The notes: generated by a model not told the origin, from the letters alone. Shown: positions 1-12,795, counted from the stretch's first letter. The stretch is 64,000 nucleotides of DNA from Opitutales bacterium (GCA_965226885.1 CBDDEL010000010.1:96001-160000); one strand, 5' to 3'. Program-made: numbers and translations.

Positions 1-1191
1 AACGCCAAAGGAAAGATCGTCATGCCGGGTTTTCTTTCGGGCCACTCGCACCCCTGGCAGAGCGCCTGGCGAGGTCTCACACCAGATGGAGAATTGTGGC
101 CCTGGTTGACGAGTCTCCACTTTACCTACACTGCAACTATCGGTGAAGGGGATTGGTACGCTTTTGCTCTGCACGGCGATTTGGATCACTTGCGACACGG
201 CATTACAACCTGGATCGACTACTCCCAGCGCTTCGGGGCGCCCGAGGATGTTTACCTGGAGCAATTTCAGGCAGACATTGATTCCGGTGGCCATTTCGTT
301 TTTTCCTACGTTATGGATATAAATACCATAGGAGATGCCGGGCCGGGCGGTGTGAATGCTTTTTTGGAGCGCAAAGCAGGGACTTCCGGTTCCGAGCGTT
401 GTCTCCGGGTCAATTTGAACAGCGTGGGGACTCATTTCAATAAAGAGGTTCTGAAACTAGAAGTGGCCATTGCCCATGAACAGGGATGGGAAATGCACTT
501 TCATTATTTGGAAACGCCTTCGATGGGTGACAGCGCCGACCATTTTTCGTGGTTCGAGGAAACCGGCGCCTTGAAAGAGAAGCTGGTTTTCGCTCATTTT
601 ATTCATCCCAACGATGAAATTCTCAGGAAATCGGCATCTGCTGGAGCGGCCATGATCTGGAACCCTCTTTCAAATGGCCGCCTTGCTTCCGGTTTGCCGG
701 ACATACCCCACTATTTGGAGATGGGCATCAAGGTTGGAATGGGTGTTGACGGGCAAGCCAGCGCCGACCTCGCGGACCCCTTCGAGAATATGCGCATGGG
801 TCTTTACGCGCTACGCATGAAGCATCAAAGCGCAAAGGTAATGCAGCCTATCGATATTCTTCGTCTCCATACCATACGGACTGCCGAAATTCTCGGTGTA
901 GCCTTTCAAGTCGGGAATCTGGAAGAGGGAAAATTCGCGGATTTTCTCATCATCGATCCCCAAAAGCCCGGCACCGGGCCGATCAACGATCCCGTCGCAA
1001 CTCTCGTATTCTCTTGTAGCGCGAACAATATCGAGGCGGTTTACGTGGCCGGAAAGGCCAAGGTTCTTGGGGGCGAGGTTCTCGGGCATGACTCGCGGGC
1101 CTTGGCCGCAGAAGTTGTTCGCCGTCGCGACGCTGTAATTGCCCGCCGGCCTCCGGGACCGCCCAAACCGCCGTTTCCGGTTAATGAGTAA
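1..1191 (+). CDS. Metal-dependent amidohydrolase (purine/triazine deaminase-like), 5' end outside window
   Basis: HxH (GHSH), HYLE, FAH, NPLSNGRLASG, GVDG and G..ADF motifs; frame is open upstream of base 22; next to an NCS1 permease. Confidence 0.85.
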   Translation, partial: NAKGKIVMPGFLSGHSHPWQSAWRGLTPDGELWPWLTSLHFTYTATIGEGDWYAFALHGDLDHLRHGITTWIDYSQRFGAPEDVYLEQFQADIDSGGHFVFSYVMDINTIGDAGPGGVNAFLERKAGTSGSERCLRVNLNSVGTHFNKEVLKLEVAIAHEQGWEMHFHYLETPSMGDSADHFSWFEETGALKEKLVFAHFIHPNDEILRKSASAGAAMIWNPLSNGRLASGLPDIPHYLEMGIKVGMGVDGQASADLADPFENMRMGLYALRMKHQSAKVMQPIDILRLHTIRTAEILGVAFQVGNLEEGKFADFLIIDPQKPGTGPINDPVATLVFSCSANNIEAVYVAGKAKVLGGEVLGHDSRALAAEVVRRRDAVIARRPPGPPKPPFPVNE

Positions 1192-1264
1192 GTAAAAACA
1201 ATGTGCAAGCTCCTTTACCTCCTCCTTTGAGAATACCTATTCCTCTATCAATTTAGCAGCGGTC

Positions 1265-2776
<1,512 letters not shown>

Positions 2777-2828
2777 CCGGCGATTTAACTTACCGGAAAA
2801 CGCGGAAAGAGGGAAAACTTCTTTTATT

Positions 2829-4220
2829 TTATAAAAGACGTTTGGAAAGAGCGGCATGTTCCACCGCTTCCAGGTATTTCTGGATGCGGGCTTCAGGCTC
2901 AAGCTCGTTGGCTTCTTTGAGCAGCGGAATGGCCTCCTCGTATTCGGCCTGGCGCACATGCATCTGGGCCTGTCTCATGAGGGCACGGTGTTGATATTCA
3001 TCGATTTTGCGCGCCGCCTCGTAGTTGAGGATGCATTCCTCGAAGTCCCCATGATCGGCCTGTATCCCGGCCAATTCAAGAAGCGCTTCCCCGGCCAGGG
3101 GATTGCGCCCAATGATCAATTTAAGAATTTCTTCCGCCTTGGCATCATCGCCGGTGGCGCGCGCAATGCGGGATTCCATGGTTAGAAGGGTGAGCTCCTC
3201 GTCGTCCTTCAGTCGGCCGTTAAAGGTACTTTTGATGGAAGCGATATAGAGAGTAGCATCGTCCCAGACGCCCCGGTCGGTCAGGATTCTTGCGACCATC
3301 ATGGGTCGGCGCACATTTTGCTTGGGATCGGCCTTGAGGGCTTCCACATAGACCGGGTAGGCCAGATTGGCGAGGCCATCATTCATGTAGATGTCTCCGA
3401 GTTGGAAAAGGCTGTCCGGGCGGGCTTTTTTCATCCGGCGCAGAATTTCGTAATTGGCGGCCGATTGAGCAGTTTCTCTGATTCCCAGATAAGCGTTGGC
3501 TTGCAGCAGCCAGTATTCCGCCTTGTCCGGATCTACAGCGATCATTTCTTCAAAAATTCCGATCGAATCCTCCCATTTCTGAAGAATGAGCAGGGCCTGC
3601 GCTTTGCCTAGCTTCCAGTCCTTGTTGTCGGGATCGTAGAGCAGCGCCTGTTCATAGGCCGAAAGGGCCGAAACGGTTTTTTCCTGACTGAGATAACAAT
3701 ACCCGAGCAGCCCATATATATCGCTGTCTGCCCCGCCCAACTCGATGGTCTTGACCAGGTAAGGAGCGGCTTTGCCCAATTCTCCAATGCGGACATGGAC
3801 TTTCCCCAACAGGCTGAATCCGCGCAAGAAATTGGGGAGTTTCTGGATGGATATGAGGTATTGCCGAATGGCTCCCTGAAAATCTCCCGTCTCGAAATAG
3901 AGATTGCCGAGAGTGAAATCGAGGGCTGCGCTTGATTCTGGCAAAATGCTGGCGCGCAGGGTGTTAATGGCCGCATTGACGTCCGAGCGTATCAAGGGAA
4001 CGAGAATATCAAAAAGTTCTTTCTCCTCCGAAGTGATACTAGGCTCGGTGGTCGTGTTGGGCGCATAGCCGTAGGTAAACTTTTTAATAAACTCAGCGTC
4101 GGACCAATAGTCCGGGCGCAAGGGGATGATTTCATTTTGCCCCCCGGCCTGTGTAAATGAGACTGCCAGGATGGCCGCGAGTAAGGTCAATGGATTAAAT
4201 AATTTCTTCATTACCAACAA
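2829..4220 (-). CDS. Secreted TPR-repeat protein of the TonB operon (start probably at MKKLF)
   Basis: Signal peptide plus repeated TPR-like helices (LG..Y...G...A). Confidence 0.85.
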   Translation of the reverse strand: MLVMKKLFNPLTLLAAILAVSFTQAGGQNEIIPLRPDYWSDAEFIKKFTYGYAPNTTTEPSITSEEKELFDILVPLIRSDVNAAINTLRASILPESSAALDFTLGNLYFETGDFQGAIRQYLISIQKLPNFLRGFSLLGKVHVRIGELGKAAPYLVKTIELGGADSDIYGLLGYCYLSQEKTVSALSAYEQALLYDPDNKDWKLGKAQALLILQKWEDSIGIFEEMIAVDPDKAEYWLLQANAYLGIRETAQSAANYEILRRMKKARPDSLFQLGDIYMNDGLANLAYPVYVEALKADPKQNVRRPMMVARILTDRGVWDDATLYIASIKSTFNGRLKDDEELTLLTMESRIARATGDDAKAEEILKLIIGRNPLAGEALLELAGIQADHGDFEECILNYEAARKIDEYQHRALMRQAQMHVRQAEYEEAIPLLKEANELEPEARIQKYLEAVEHAALSKRLL

Positions 4221-4265
4221 GTTTGTTTTCTATTTTTAGGGTGTAAAATTTTACCGTTTGGGAGG

Positions 4266-4931
4266 TTAGTTAAGTTTAAAGCTCAAGGGCTGGATGCGGC
4301 GCACTTTTACAGCTTTGCCGTTTTTGGTGCCGGGCTCGAATTTCCATTGCAAAACTGCTTCCATGGATGGTTTTTCGAACTCGCGGTGGCTGGATTCCTT
4401 GATAGTGGCTTTGATTACCTTGCCCCGCTCGTCGATGATGACGACCAGCTTGACCCAGCCTTCGATGCCCTCTCTTTTGAATTGAAAGGGATAAACAGGT
4501 GGAATGGCTACCAACCGCCGGGGATTGTTATCGAGGTCCTTGAGTTCAAAAATATCCATCATTCCAATGGTATCCGGGGTCACTCCGAATTGCCCGATGG
4601 CGCTGCCTACATTGAGGGAATCGCCAACTCCCGGATTGAGGGCCACATCCAGCTGGCTCAAGTCCAAAGGCTGAATTTCTTCCTGTAGTTCCGGTTTTTC
4701 TTCCTCTTCCTCTTCCTCTTCCTTGGGTGGAGGCTCCGGCGGGGGCGCTGGCGGTGGAGTAATGCTGGGGGGCGGAACAATCTGGTGGGATGGCGGCTTA
4801 TTGAGATTGGAGAGCAATTGGGTCAGGGGCAAAGCCAGGAATATCAAGGCGGATAGAATCAATGCGCCACCAAAGGAGAGAAATGGACCTTTGCTGAGGT
4901 TGGGCGGATGATATACTTTTTTCTCACTCAT
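4266..4931 (-). CDS. tonB: Energy transducer TonB
   Basis: N-terminal TM, Pro/Glu-rich linker, C-terminal YP...GIEG.V...WKFEPG. Confidence 0.9.
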   Translation of the reverse strand: MSEKKVYHPPNLSKGPFLSFGGALILSALIFLALPLTQLLSNLNKPPSHQIVPPPSITPPPAPPPEPPPKEEEEEEEEKPELQEEIQPLDLSQLDVALNPGVGDSLNVGSAIGQFGVTPDTIGMMDIFELKDLDNNPRRLVAIPPVYPFQFKREGIEGWVKLVVIIDERGKVIKATIKESSHREFEKPSMEAVLQWKFEPGTKNGKAVKVRRIQPLSFKLN

Positions 4932-5049
4932 ACTGGTTATTTCTCTAACTTTGTCTCATCCAATGGCAATATCAGGCGTTCGCAGGGTAGATTCTATATT
5001 CATTAATACGGTCCACTATCCAAAATATTAGAAAATATCGAAAAATTGT

Positions 5050-5454
5050 TCAATTTGTGGCGTTAATGCTGATGGCGACTTCAGGTTTGGCAAATTTCGC
5101 TTCGTCCATAACCCTGACCATTATCCCGGAGGGGGCTTCAGGTTCCACTTCCAGTATGAGTGGCAGCACTTCGCGCTGCATTTTATTACGCACGGTGGCG
5201 CGCACGCCGCTCAGGCCGATTTCCTTGCCTTCATATATGACGGATCCGCCTTTGGTTATGTGAAAAACGACCGTTTCATTGTCGAGGTTGTTGGCGCCTC
5301 CCGGTGACGGCTTGTTCACATCAAGGCCCTCCTCCTCCACAAAAACCGTGGTCACAATAAAAAAGATCAGGAGAATGAAGACCATATCGATCATCGGGGA
5401 GATATTGATGTCGATCCCTTCGTCCGCTCCGGAAACGTTTCTTCGATTACTCAT
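5050..5454 (-). CDS. exbD: ExbD/TolR biopolymer transporter
   Basis: INISPMIDMVFILLIFFIVTT motif. Confidence 0.92.
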   Translation of the reverse strand: MSNRRNVSGADEGIDINISPMIDMVFILLIFFIVTTVFVEEEGLDVNKPSPGGANNLDNETVVFHITKGGSVIYEGKEIGLSGVRATVRNKMQREVLPLILEVEPEAPSGIMVRVMDEAKFAKPEVAISINATN

Positions 5455-5457
5455 ATT

Positions 5458-6093
5458 TTAGACAATCCCCTCATGCTGGCTTTTTGGCAATCTGGTGAAA
5501 TGCTGCAATGTAAGGCTTTCCACTCGTTCAATAAAAGCGGCCTGCTCCTGCCTGCGCCGGGTCAGCATATAAACAAGTATATAGCCGGGTATGGCGATAA
5601 TCAAACCGGTCTGAGTGGTAATGAGGGCTTCGGATATACCCTTGGCCACGACGTCGATTACCTGTCCCGAACTGTGGGCCAATCCCTTGAAGGTGGTCAA
5701 CATCCCCATCACCGTGCCGAGCAGCCCCATGAGAGGGGACACCGTTACAAGTATGCTTAAAAATATGATCTTGCGCTGAACCCGAGGAAGGTGGGCGGTT
5801 TTAATTTCCTCAAATCGACTCTCCACATCCCGCAAGGTTTTTACGCCGGTTTGGCTGTATTTGATGATCGCGCCGATGGTTCCTTTGCTCTTTGCAGGAT
5901 TTCTGATCCATTCCTCCCAGATGAGTTCATCTACGGTGCGGTATTCTTCGCGCCGGAAATATATGAGCATTTCCAAGGCGTAAAAATAGATGACGAATGC
6001 CAGCATGGCCAAAGGGTACATGAGCGGACCCCCGTCCTGCCAGATGCTCTCGGCATCCTTAATGAAATCCAGAAATGTCGAATCTCCTTCCAT
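5458..6093 (-). CDS. exbB: MotA/TolQ/ExbB proton channel protein
   Basis: PLMGLLGTV.GM and GISEALITTQ.GL motifs. Confidence 0.88.
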   Translation of the reverse strand: MEGDSTFLDFIKDAESIWQDGGPLMYPLAMLAFVIYFYALEMLIYFRREEYRTVDELIWEEWIRNPAKSKGTIGAIIKYSQTGVKTLRDVESRFEEIKTAHLPRVQRKIIFLSILVTVSPLMGLLGTVMGMLTTFKGLAHSSGQVIDVVAKGISEALITTQTGLIIAIPGYILVYMLTRRRQEQAAFIERVESLTLQHFTRLPKSQHEGIV

Positions 6094-6095
6094 GC

Positions 6096-7484
6096 TTAAA
6101 TTTTGGTTTCAAGACCATTCTTGAAGGCCACCGCTGTTTGTTCCATGCTGGCCAGCACCCCTTTGGTTTTGCGCAAAAGCAATGCGTGGATGATGAGAGA
6201 CGGGATGGCCACAAATAGGCCGAACTCGGTCGTAATGAGCGCTTCGGAAATACCGCTGGAGAGTGAGCGGGCATCTCCGGTGCCGAATACGGTGATGAGT
6301 TTGAAGGTTTTGATCATTCCGGTTACGGTGCCGAGCAGACCGAGCAAGGGGGAGGTTGCCGCTACCACGGCAATAAATGGGATGAGCCTCTCCAGTTTGG
6401 GCTGCGTTTGTAGAAGCCGTTCGTAAAGAACCTCTTCCAGTAAATCCTTGCTTTCCCCTGCATTGTTGACGGCGTCGGTCAGCAGCAGCCCGACCGGGCC
6501 CTTGATTTTTTTCGCCCTTAACAAAGCGGCCTCGCTGTCGTTATTGCGCAGCAAATCCAGAATGTCGTGCAGGTCTTCGGGGCGGGCCCTTTTCACACCT
6601 GAAATTTCAAACCATTTAAACAGGGCGATAATCAAGGCCAAGGCAGCAAGGCCGAGAATAAAATAGATGACCACGCCGCCCTTTTGCACATGCTCGATAA
6701 AGGTTTCCTTGGTCTGAATGACCAGCCTGGCATTGCCCATGGTGGGATCGACGGGGATGGATCCGGTCCTGCTTTCGGAAACCTGCCGGATGGCCGCAGC
6801 GGCTTCTTCACCTAGGGCGTATACGGATGGCTCGGGAGAATCGTTTCTAAGAACGACTTCTCCGGCCGTAGGGGAATTATTGCCCGAAAAAAGGGCTACC
6901 GGTCCCACCAATGTGAAAATGCCCTCTTCCAGTACTTTCTCCGGAGAAAGCGCCTGGCCTTCGAAAATATGACCGCCGGCCAGTTCCCCGATACGATTAA
7001 GGGCCGAATCCACGACCGATACCTGGCGCATGAGTTTTTCCTCTTCGCTCAGAGATGTATTTTCCCCAGTGGATTTGGCGGAACTGATGACATCTTTATA
7101 CAGCTGCACTTCACTGATATGGATTTGCGTCTCGAAACGCTGGATGTAGTCGCCCATAAGGCTCTTGAGGTAGGAGACTTCATCCTCCCTTTTCTTGATT
7201 TCCAGTTCCAGCCCTTGCAAATCGACCGATTTATTGTCCCGCAAACGGGAGGACTGCTCCATTTCCCGGCGCAGGCTCATGACCCGCCCCATCAAACGGC
7301 TTCTCTCATTGGAGAGGGGGATGCGCTCATCGGCAATCCTGTTGCGGGCCTCATCCAACCTTATATTGGCGCTGTTAAGGTCTCTTAGCGAGGAGGAGGA
7401 GGCTCCCTGGAAATCCTGGCCAGGCAGAGAAACCACCGCGGTCAGAAATAGACTCAAATATAATAGGCAATGCGCTTTTTTCAT
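6096..7484 (-). CDS. Long MotA/TolQ/ExbB protein with periplasmic coiled-coil N-terminus
   Basis: Signal peptide, coiled coil, PLLGLLGTVTGMI and GISEALITTEFGL. Confidence 0.88.
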   Translation of the reverse strand: MKKAHCLLYLSLFLTAVVSLPGQDFQGASSSSLRDLNSANIRLDEARNRIADERIPLSNERSRLMGRVMSLRREMEQSSRLRDNKSVDLQGLELEIKKREDEVSYLKSLMGDYIQRFETQIHISEVQLYKDVISSAKSTGENTSLSEEEKLMRQVSVVDSALNRIGELAGGHIFEGQALSPEKVLEEGIFTLVGPVALFSGNNSPTAGEVVLRNDSPEPSVYALGEEAAAAIRQVSESRTGSIPVDPTMGNARLVIQTKETFIEHVQKGGVVIYFILGLAALALIIALFKWFEISGVKRARPEDLHDILDLLRNNDSEAALLRAKKIKGPVGLLLTDAVNNAGESKDLLEEVLYERLLQTQPKLERLIPFIAVVAATSPLLGLLGTVTGMIKTFKLITVFGTGDARSLSSGISEALITTEFGLFVAIPSLIIHALLLRKTKGVLASMEQTAVAFKNGLETKI

Positions 7485-7535
7485 AAATTCTATCTATTTT
7501 ACTTATTTTTTCATAAATTCTATCTATTTTACTTA
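7476..7535. repeat. Perfect 30-bp tandem duplication spanning a stop codon, spacer and start codon
   Basis: ttttttcataaattctatctattttactta at 7476-7505 and 7506-7535. Confidence 0.95.
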
Positions 7536-8312
7536 TCTTATAGTTACCGGAAGGTTGATGTAGCTCGCCTTTTGGGGATCCTTATAAACCTGCACCGCAT
7601 CGTAAATGACTTGAGCCATGCTTTGATCGCGGACCCAATTCCATCCATCCTCCTCGGGAACGCCGTAGCCGGCATAATCCTTCGTGGAATCGATAAAATA
7701 GGCATAGGCGATTCCCAAATAGAGGGTCTCGATGATAACCTGCTTTCCATTCTCCAGCTCGTGCAAGCCGGAATCGAGGTAGATGCTGCCGTTGAACTTA
7801 TCGACTTGGGAAAGAATTCCGATCACGTTTTGCATGCGGGCGGAAAGGGATTGTTTGTTAGCCGCATCCGATTTGGATTTCGGCATGCGCGAATATAATG
7901 GGGCGATGGTGTCTTGCAAAGGTTTCGGCAGCAGCGGGTAGATGGAATGTACCTTTTTTTCCAGTTCCACAATCCTGGTCTGGATTACGGCCGAAGCATT
8001 TTTTAATTCCTCCTTTTGTTCCAACAGCTCGGCCCGCTTGGCATCGGCCTTGGATACTTCATCCTGGCTTTTTTCGATTTTTTCTTCGAGGATCGAAATT
8101 TCGCTGTTAATGACTTCGATAATGCCCTCCAGAGTAATCTTATCTTTTTCCCATGCCGATTCCACCTGAGTCAGTGTTTTTTCTGTCTCAATCCAGGTTT
8201 TGAGGGTATTGCGGGTAGATTGCAGTTTGCTTGGAGCCGCCAGGGAGGTTGACAGTGCAAGGCAGCTTAAGCTCAGTGAAATTAATATTTTATTAAGGCA
8301 ATTTCCGGGCAT
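7533..8312 (-). CDS. DUF3450-like periplasmic coiled-coil protein
   Basis: Signal peptide, coiled coil, LYLG...YF, C-terminal LPV; typical first gene of such TonB operons. Confidence 0.75.
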   Translation of the reverse strand: MPGNCLNKILISLSLSCLALSTSLAAPSKLQSTRNTLKTWIETEKTLTQVESAWEKDKITLEGIIEVINSEISILEEKIEKSQDEVSKADAKRAELLEQKEELKNASAVIQTRIVELEKKVHSIYPLLPKPLQDTIAPLYSRMPKSKSDAANKQSLSARMQNVIGILSQVDKFNGSIYLDSGLHELENGKQVIIETLYLGIAYAYFIDSTKDYAGYGVPEEDGWNWVRDQSMAQVIYDAVQVYKDPQKASYINLPVTIR

Positions 8313-8463
8313 GATGGATATTGTTGGTTGTGTGAATGAGTTAAAATCCCGGCCTTTGAGCCGAGCCGTGCAAGCTTTTATGCTAAAGATTATGGTAGTT
8401 TACTTTATGGGTGAGAATTTACCGGTCAAGAAATTAGATAAACAAAAAAGTCAAAAATCAATG

Positions 8464-10137
8464 TTATCTCGGACTGAACGTGTCAACATTTGAATCGTTT
8501 AATTTTTGAAGTTGCCCCTGAAAAGTCGGCATTAACCATAAAAGGACCGCTCCGGCCGCCAATGCCGCCACCGGGGGAAGGCCCAATCCGGTTCCCACAA
8601 AACCAGCCAAGATCGCCACTGAAGCGGCAATGAGGGCGTAGGGCATTTGAGTGCGGACGTGATCATGCGGCTCCACACCGCAGGCGATGGAAGAAACAAT
8701 CGTCGTATCGCTGATGGGGGAACAGTGGTCGCCGAAGACCGCCCCGCTAAAGACCGCCCCCACCACGGCCGGCATCAGTGAATTGATGGGAAGCGTGAGG
8801 GAATCGAGCGGATAGGCAAAAACCATGGGAACGGCCAGGGGCATGAGAAGTATCATGGTTCCCCAGGCCGAGCCGGTGGAAAAAGATATTAAAGCGCCGA
8901 TGAGGAAAACGACTGCCGGGAAAAGAGCCGATGGCACATTCCCGGCCAATAGCCCTGACAAGGCCTCGGCCGCTTTCAACTCCCCCAGAATACTGCTCAA
9001 CACCCACGCCCCGACCAATATCAAGATGGGCACAAAGAGCGCCTGAGCGCCTTCCTGAAAAACTTGCCCGGGCGGTTCCATCCCTTCGCCCTTGGGGTAG
9101 AGCAGGTAAGCTGCTATGGAGCCAAAAGCACTCGAACATACCAGAACCGTGACAACATGATCGCCCCCGAAGGCTGCCACCAGTTTCTCCATTGTGAGAG
9201 GCCAGGCTGCTTCCGTTCCCGAAAAATATATTCCGCAAAAAAATGATACCACCAGCGCCGCCACCGGGATTGCCGCCATCAGCCAATGCCCCTCCGAGGC
9301 CCCGTCTCCCTCCATTTCGTTGACCGAGCCGCCGCCGGCCACGGCCTTCCGGCGGGCCTGGGCCGCTTTTTCGAACTTTTTCATGGCCCCGGGCAAAAAA
9401 TTTCTATGAATGGACACAGCCAGCAGAATGAGGGTGAACCAGCAGTAAAAGTTATAAGGAATTGATCTGAAAAAGAGGGCATAAGGGGCGGCCTCATCAA
9501 GCCTTCCGGCCAAGGCATATCCCTCCCGGATCATGGAAAGCTGGACCGCGATCCAGGTGGAGAGAAAGGCCACGCAGGCCACCGCCGAACTGGTGGAATC
9601 TGCTAGGTAGGCCATCCTCGGGGCGGAAACGCCGCAGCGCCGGGCGGGCCCCCGCATCATGCGGCCCACCATCATGCTGTTGGCCAGCCCGTCAAAAAAC
9701 AAAACGATTCCCATGCCGTAGGCGCACCACTGCAATCGGCGGGCTGGGGCCTTGCTGCGGATGAGAAATCCCTTCACCAGAGCCTGCATTCCCCCTCCTT
9801 TTTCCACCAGGGCGGAAAATCCACCCAGCATAAAGGTAAAAAGAATGGCGCCGATTTTCCACGGGCTTTGCAGGGACGGAATGAGGTGGTCCCGGAAAAA
9901 AGAGACAAATGCCTCCAGAAGGTTGCCCTGGGCCAGAATAATGACTCCGGCCAGGCTTCCCGCCATCAATCCCAAAAGGACCCGGCGCAGCAGCAGGGCC
10001 ACGGCCAGAGTCACCACACTGGGCCAGATCGAGCGCAAGGGGCCGGCGCCCTCGAAAAATACCCATGCAAAGGCTGATGCCACCAGCAGCCAGGCAATCC
10101 ACGAACGCAATCTGGAATCAGGAAATCTCAATAGCAA
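8464..10137 (-). CDS. NhaC-family Na+/H+ antiporter-like transporter
   Basis: FFDG.AN, AY.ADSTSS, SFSTGSAWGT, GAVFGDHCSPISDTTI.SS motifs. Confidence 0.88.
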   Translation of the reverse strand: MLLRFPDSRLRSWIAWLLVASAFAWVFFEGAGPLRSIWPSVVTLAVALLLRRVLLGLMAGSLAGVIILAQGNLLEAFVSFFRDHLIPSLQSPWKIGAILFTFMLGGFSALVEKGGGMQALVKGFLIRSKAPARRLQWCAYGMGIVLFFDGLANSMMVGRMMRGPARRCGVSAPRMAYLADSTSSAVACVAFLSTWIAVQLSMIREGYALAGRLDEAAPYALFFRSIPYNFYCWFTLILLAVSIHRNFLPGAMKKFEKAAQARRKAVAGGGSVNEMEGDGASEGHWLMAAIPVAALVVSFFCGIYFSGTEAAWPLTMEKLVAAFGGDHVVTVLVCSSAFGSIAAYLLYPKGEGMEPPGQVFQEGAQALFVPILILVGAWVLSSILGELKAAEALSGLLAGNVPSALFPAVVFLIGALISFSTGSAWGTMILLMPLAVPMVFAYPLDSLTLPINSLMPAVVGAVFSGAVFGDHCSPISDTTIVSSIACGVEPHDHVRTQMPYALIAASVAILAGFVGTGLGLPPVAALAAGAVLLWLMPTFQGQLQKLNDSNVDTFSPR

Positions 10138-11292
10138 AAAGGAGGCACACTATATATAGAGGCTGTCCCAAAAGGGTGATTTTTGCGAGGGCTTTTGATA
10201 GGCGCTCATTTTAGAGGTATTTGCATTTGGGAGAGTATCAACTTTGCTCTCCTATGACGTTAGGATACTGGTTTTGGGGTCCGGTTGCCTGGTTTTCTTT
10301 GTATGAGCCGACAGTAAGGCTGTGAAAAAGTATTGTCCTTGCTTTTCCGCTCTCTAGGCCGCCGCTTTGGTTTTTAGTTCGTCTTGCTGGGCCAGCATCT
10401 TGGCTACTTTCCATAGGTTGTGCGAGAGTACCGACCAGGCTACGCTGATCGAGCGGTTGGCAAAGCCTTTGCTGCGCAACCGCCCGGCCTGCCAGCGATT
10501 CTTCAATACCCCGATCCGCCCTTCGGTGCTGGCCCGGCGCTTTTGCAATTGTCTGAACAGTGGCTCCTCCATCCGTTTTTTCAACTGCTTCGGATCGCGT
10601 GGACAGAGCGCGTCGTAGATTCCCTCCTGGGCTAACTGCCGGCGGGCCCGCTGGGAGGCAAATCCCCGGTCCGCGCACATGGCCGCTATGGGTTCTTCCA
10701 GGTTGAAGCGGTTCTGTCTTTGCAAACTCTCTTGCATTTGTTCATTTTCGCTTGGAGTTCGGCTGCCGTAGAGTTTCCAGTCCAGCAGGTACCCTTCAAC
10801 GCTTTCTCCCAAAAACAGGGTGTTGCCGAACTCGACCTCTTGGCCCGCTTTACCTCGCACAATCACCTGCCCATCGAGTTCGTAAACACTCAAGACTTTC
10901 TCTGCGTTTTTCACCTGGCGGCCGCCAATGATCCGCTCGTGCGCCTGTTTGATGACCACCGGGATTTGCTCGCTCATGCGCTCCATCCGGGCGAGGATCT
11001 GTTGGACCTGTTTTTCGCTGTAATCGCTTTGCTCCCAGCAGGCTTGCAATAATTCCCGGTGACTGCGGGCATGCTCCCCGATCCGTTTGAGCAGCTTTTT
11101 CATCTGCCTCAAGATACCCTTGCGCTGCCGCGCGCTGTCCTTTCGCCGCCGGCTGTGGGTCATCTGTATGCACAGCCGATTCATCTGCCGAGCCAAGGGC
11201 TCCGGTTCGATCGGCATGCGATGGCGCAAACCGGCCTTCTCGCGGATCAGCCGGATCGCTTTGAGCAACGTGCCGGCTACATCCTTGAGTAA

Positions 11293-12423
11293 TACCAAAT
11301 CGCAAAAGGATTGATAAAGATTAAAAAACAGCTATAAAGGCGGAATGAGAAGATATATGGGAACCGATGAAGACCGTGAACGTATCAAGAAATTGCTCAA
11401 CAAAGAGGCTGTCGGCTGGCGTAAAGAGCGTTTGGTGGCATTAAAAATGGGCTTCCAGCCGCACCACAGCATTGATGAAATTGGAGCCATCGTGGGCCGA
11501 GGCAAAGCGACGATCCAGCGTTGGTTTGACAAATATCGTGCTGCAGGGCTCGGGGCGGTGCTTACACGCGCCTACAAAGGCGGGATCAAAAGCCGTTGCG
11601 ACAAAGAGGTGGAGGCCTTCTTGCTCAATGGTTTGAAGGTCGCGCGCTGGAACACAGCCGTTCAGGCGGGGCAAGAGCTGGAGCGACATTTCGGGCGCTC
11701 CTTCGCCTACAAGACGGTGTGGCGATGGCTAAAAAAATGCGCCGGGGTGCTTCGAGTCCCTCGCCCCGTGCATGAGAAACGGGACTCGGCAAAAGCGGAA
11801 GCGTTCAAGCGAGACTTTTCTAAGATCCTCCAGGAGCTTTCCCTCACCCGAGGCAATCGGATTCGGGTGTGGTTTGCCGATGAAAGCCGTTTTGGTTTGC
11901 TTCCGGTGTACCGCCGGTGCTGGACGCAAAGAGGGCTTCGGCCGCACAAAAAATATCAGACAAGATACCAGTGGAGCTACTGTTACGGAGCCCTCGACGT
12001 GGTCAACGGCGAGATGGTATGCATCCAAACCCCTAGCACGAATCTACAGTGGACGGAGGCTTTCCTCCAACAGATCAAAAAGCAATATCCTGAGGAGGAA
12101 CATGTGGTTGTATGGGACGGGGCAGGCTTCCATCCGCACGACTCGGAGCACCCCAACGTCCCCCCGGGCATACATATCGTGAATTTGCCGCCGTATAGTC
12201 CTGAACTCAACCCGATTGAAAGACTTTGGGATATGATACAGGATCAAACGGCCAACAAACTGTGGCCGAGCATTGAGCGACTCGAAGAAGTCGTCGCAAC
12301 CCATCTCAAAGACTGGTGGGAGGACACTGAAAAAGTCCTCTCTTTAGTTGGCGGAGGCTGGCAGCACATTCAAGCAAACGCTTCTGCCAAATAACTTATT
12401 ATCATACCTAATGAGATTTGGTA
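11293..12423 (+). mobile_element. IS630-family element nested in IS-A
   Basis: TIR TACCAAATC/GATTTGGTA flanked by duplicated TA(A). Confidence 0.92.
11345..12394 (+). CDS. IS630 transposase
   Basis: WFADESRFG, WDGAGFH, LPPYSPELNPIE motifs. Confidence 0.95.
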   Translation: MRRYMGTDEDRERIKKLLNKEAVGWRKERLVALKMGFQPHHSIDEIGAIVGRGKATIQRWFDKYRAAGLGAVLTRAYKGGIKSRCDKEVEAFLLNGLKVARWNTAVQAGQELERHFGRSFAYKTVWRWLKKCAGVLRVPRPVHEKRDSAKAEAFKRDFSKILQELSLTRGNRIRVWFADESRFGLLPVYRRCWTQRGLRPHKKYQTRYQWSYCYGALDVVNGEMVCIQTPSTNLQWTEAFLQQIKKQYPEEEHVVVWDGAGFHPHDSEHPNVPPGIHIVNLPPYSPELNPIERLWDMIQDQTANKLWPSIERLEEVVATHLKDWWEDTEKVLSLVGGGWQHIQANASAK

Positions 12424-12795
12424 TAATACCCAGTCCGTCGGCCAATGAATGTTAGCCTCCAAACAGGTGCCGTCGATCAGGCAAATGGTGGTGTCAATCG
12501 GCTTGTCCAATCCCACCTGCCGGGCCAGAAGGGCATCGGCCACCACCTCAGTCAAGGTCCGGTGCAAGGCCCTCAACTGCTCTTCGCTGAAAAACTTCGA
12601 GGCCCGCTCCAGGGTGCTTCTGGAGATGCCCCTGATGCCATCGATCTGCCGGACACGGCAAAAGTCGGCCAACAGATCGCTGCTGCCCAGAGCCCGCGAC
12701 AAATGCCGAAACGAAATCCCTCCGAGCAGACGGCCCAGCGTATCCATGCGCAGTGCCTTGATGGCAAAACTGGCCCGCTGCCGCCGGGCCTTTAG

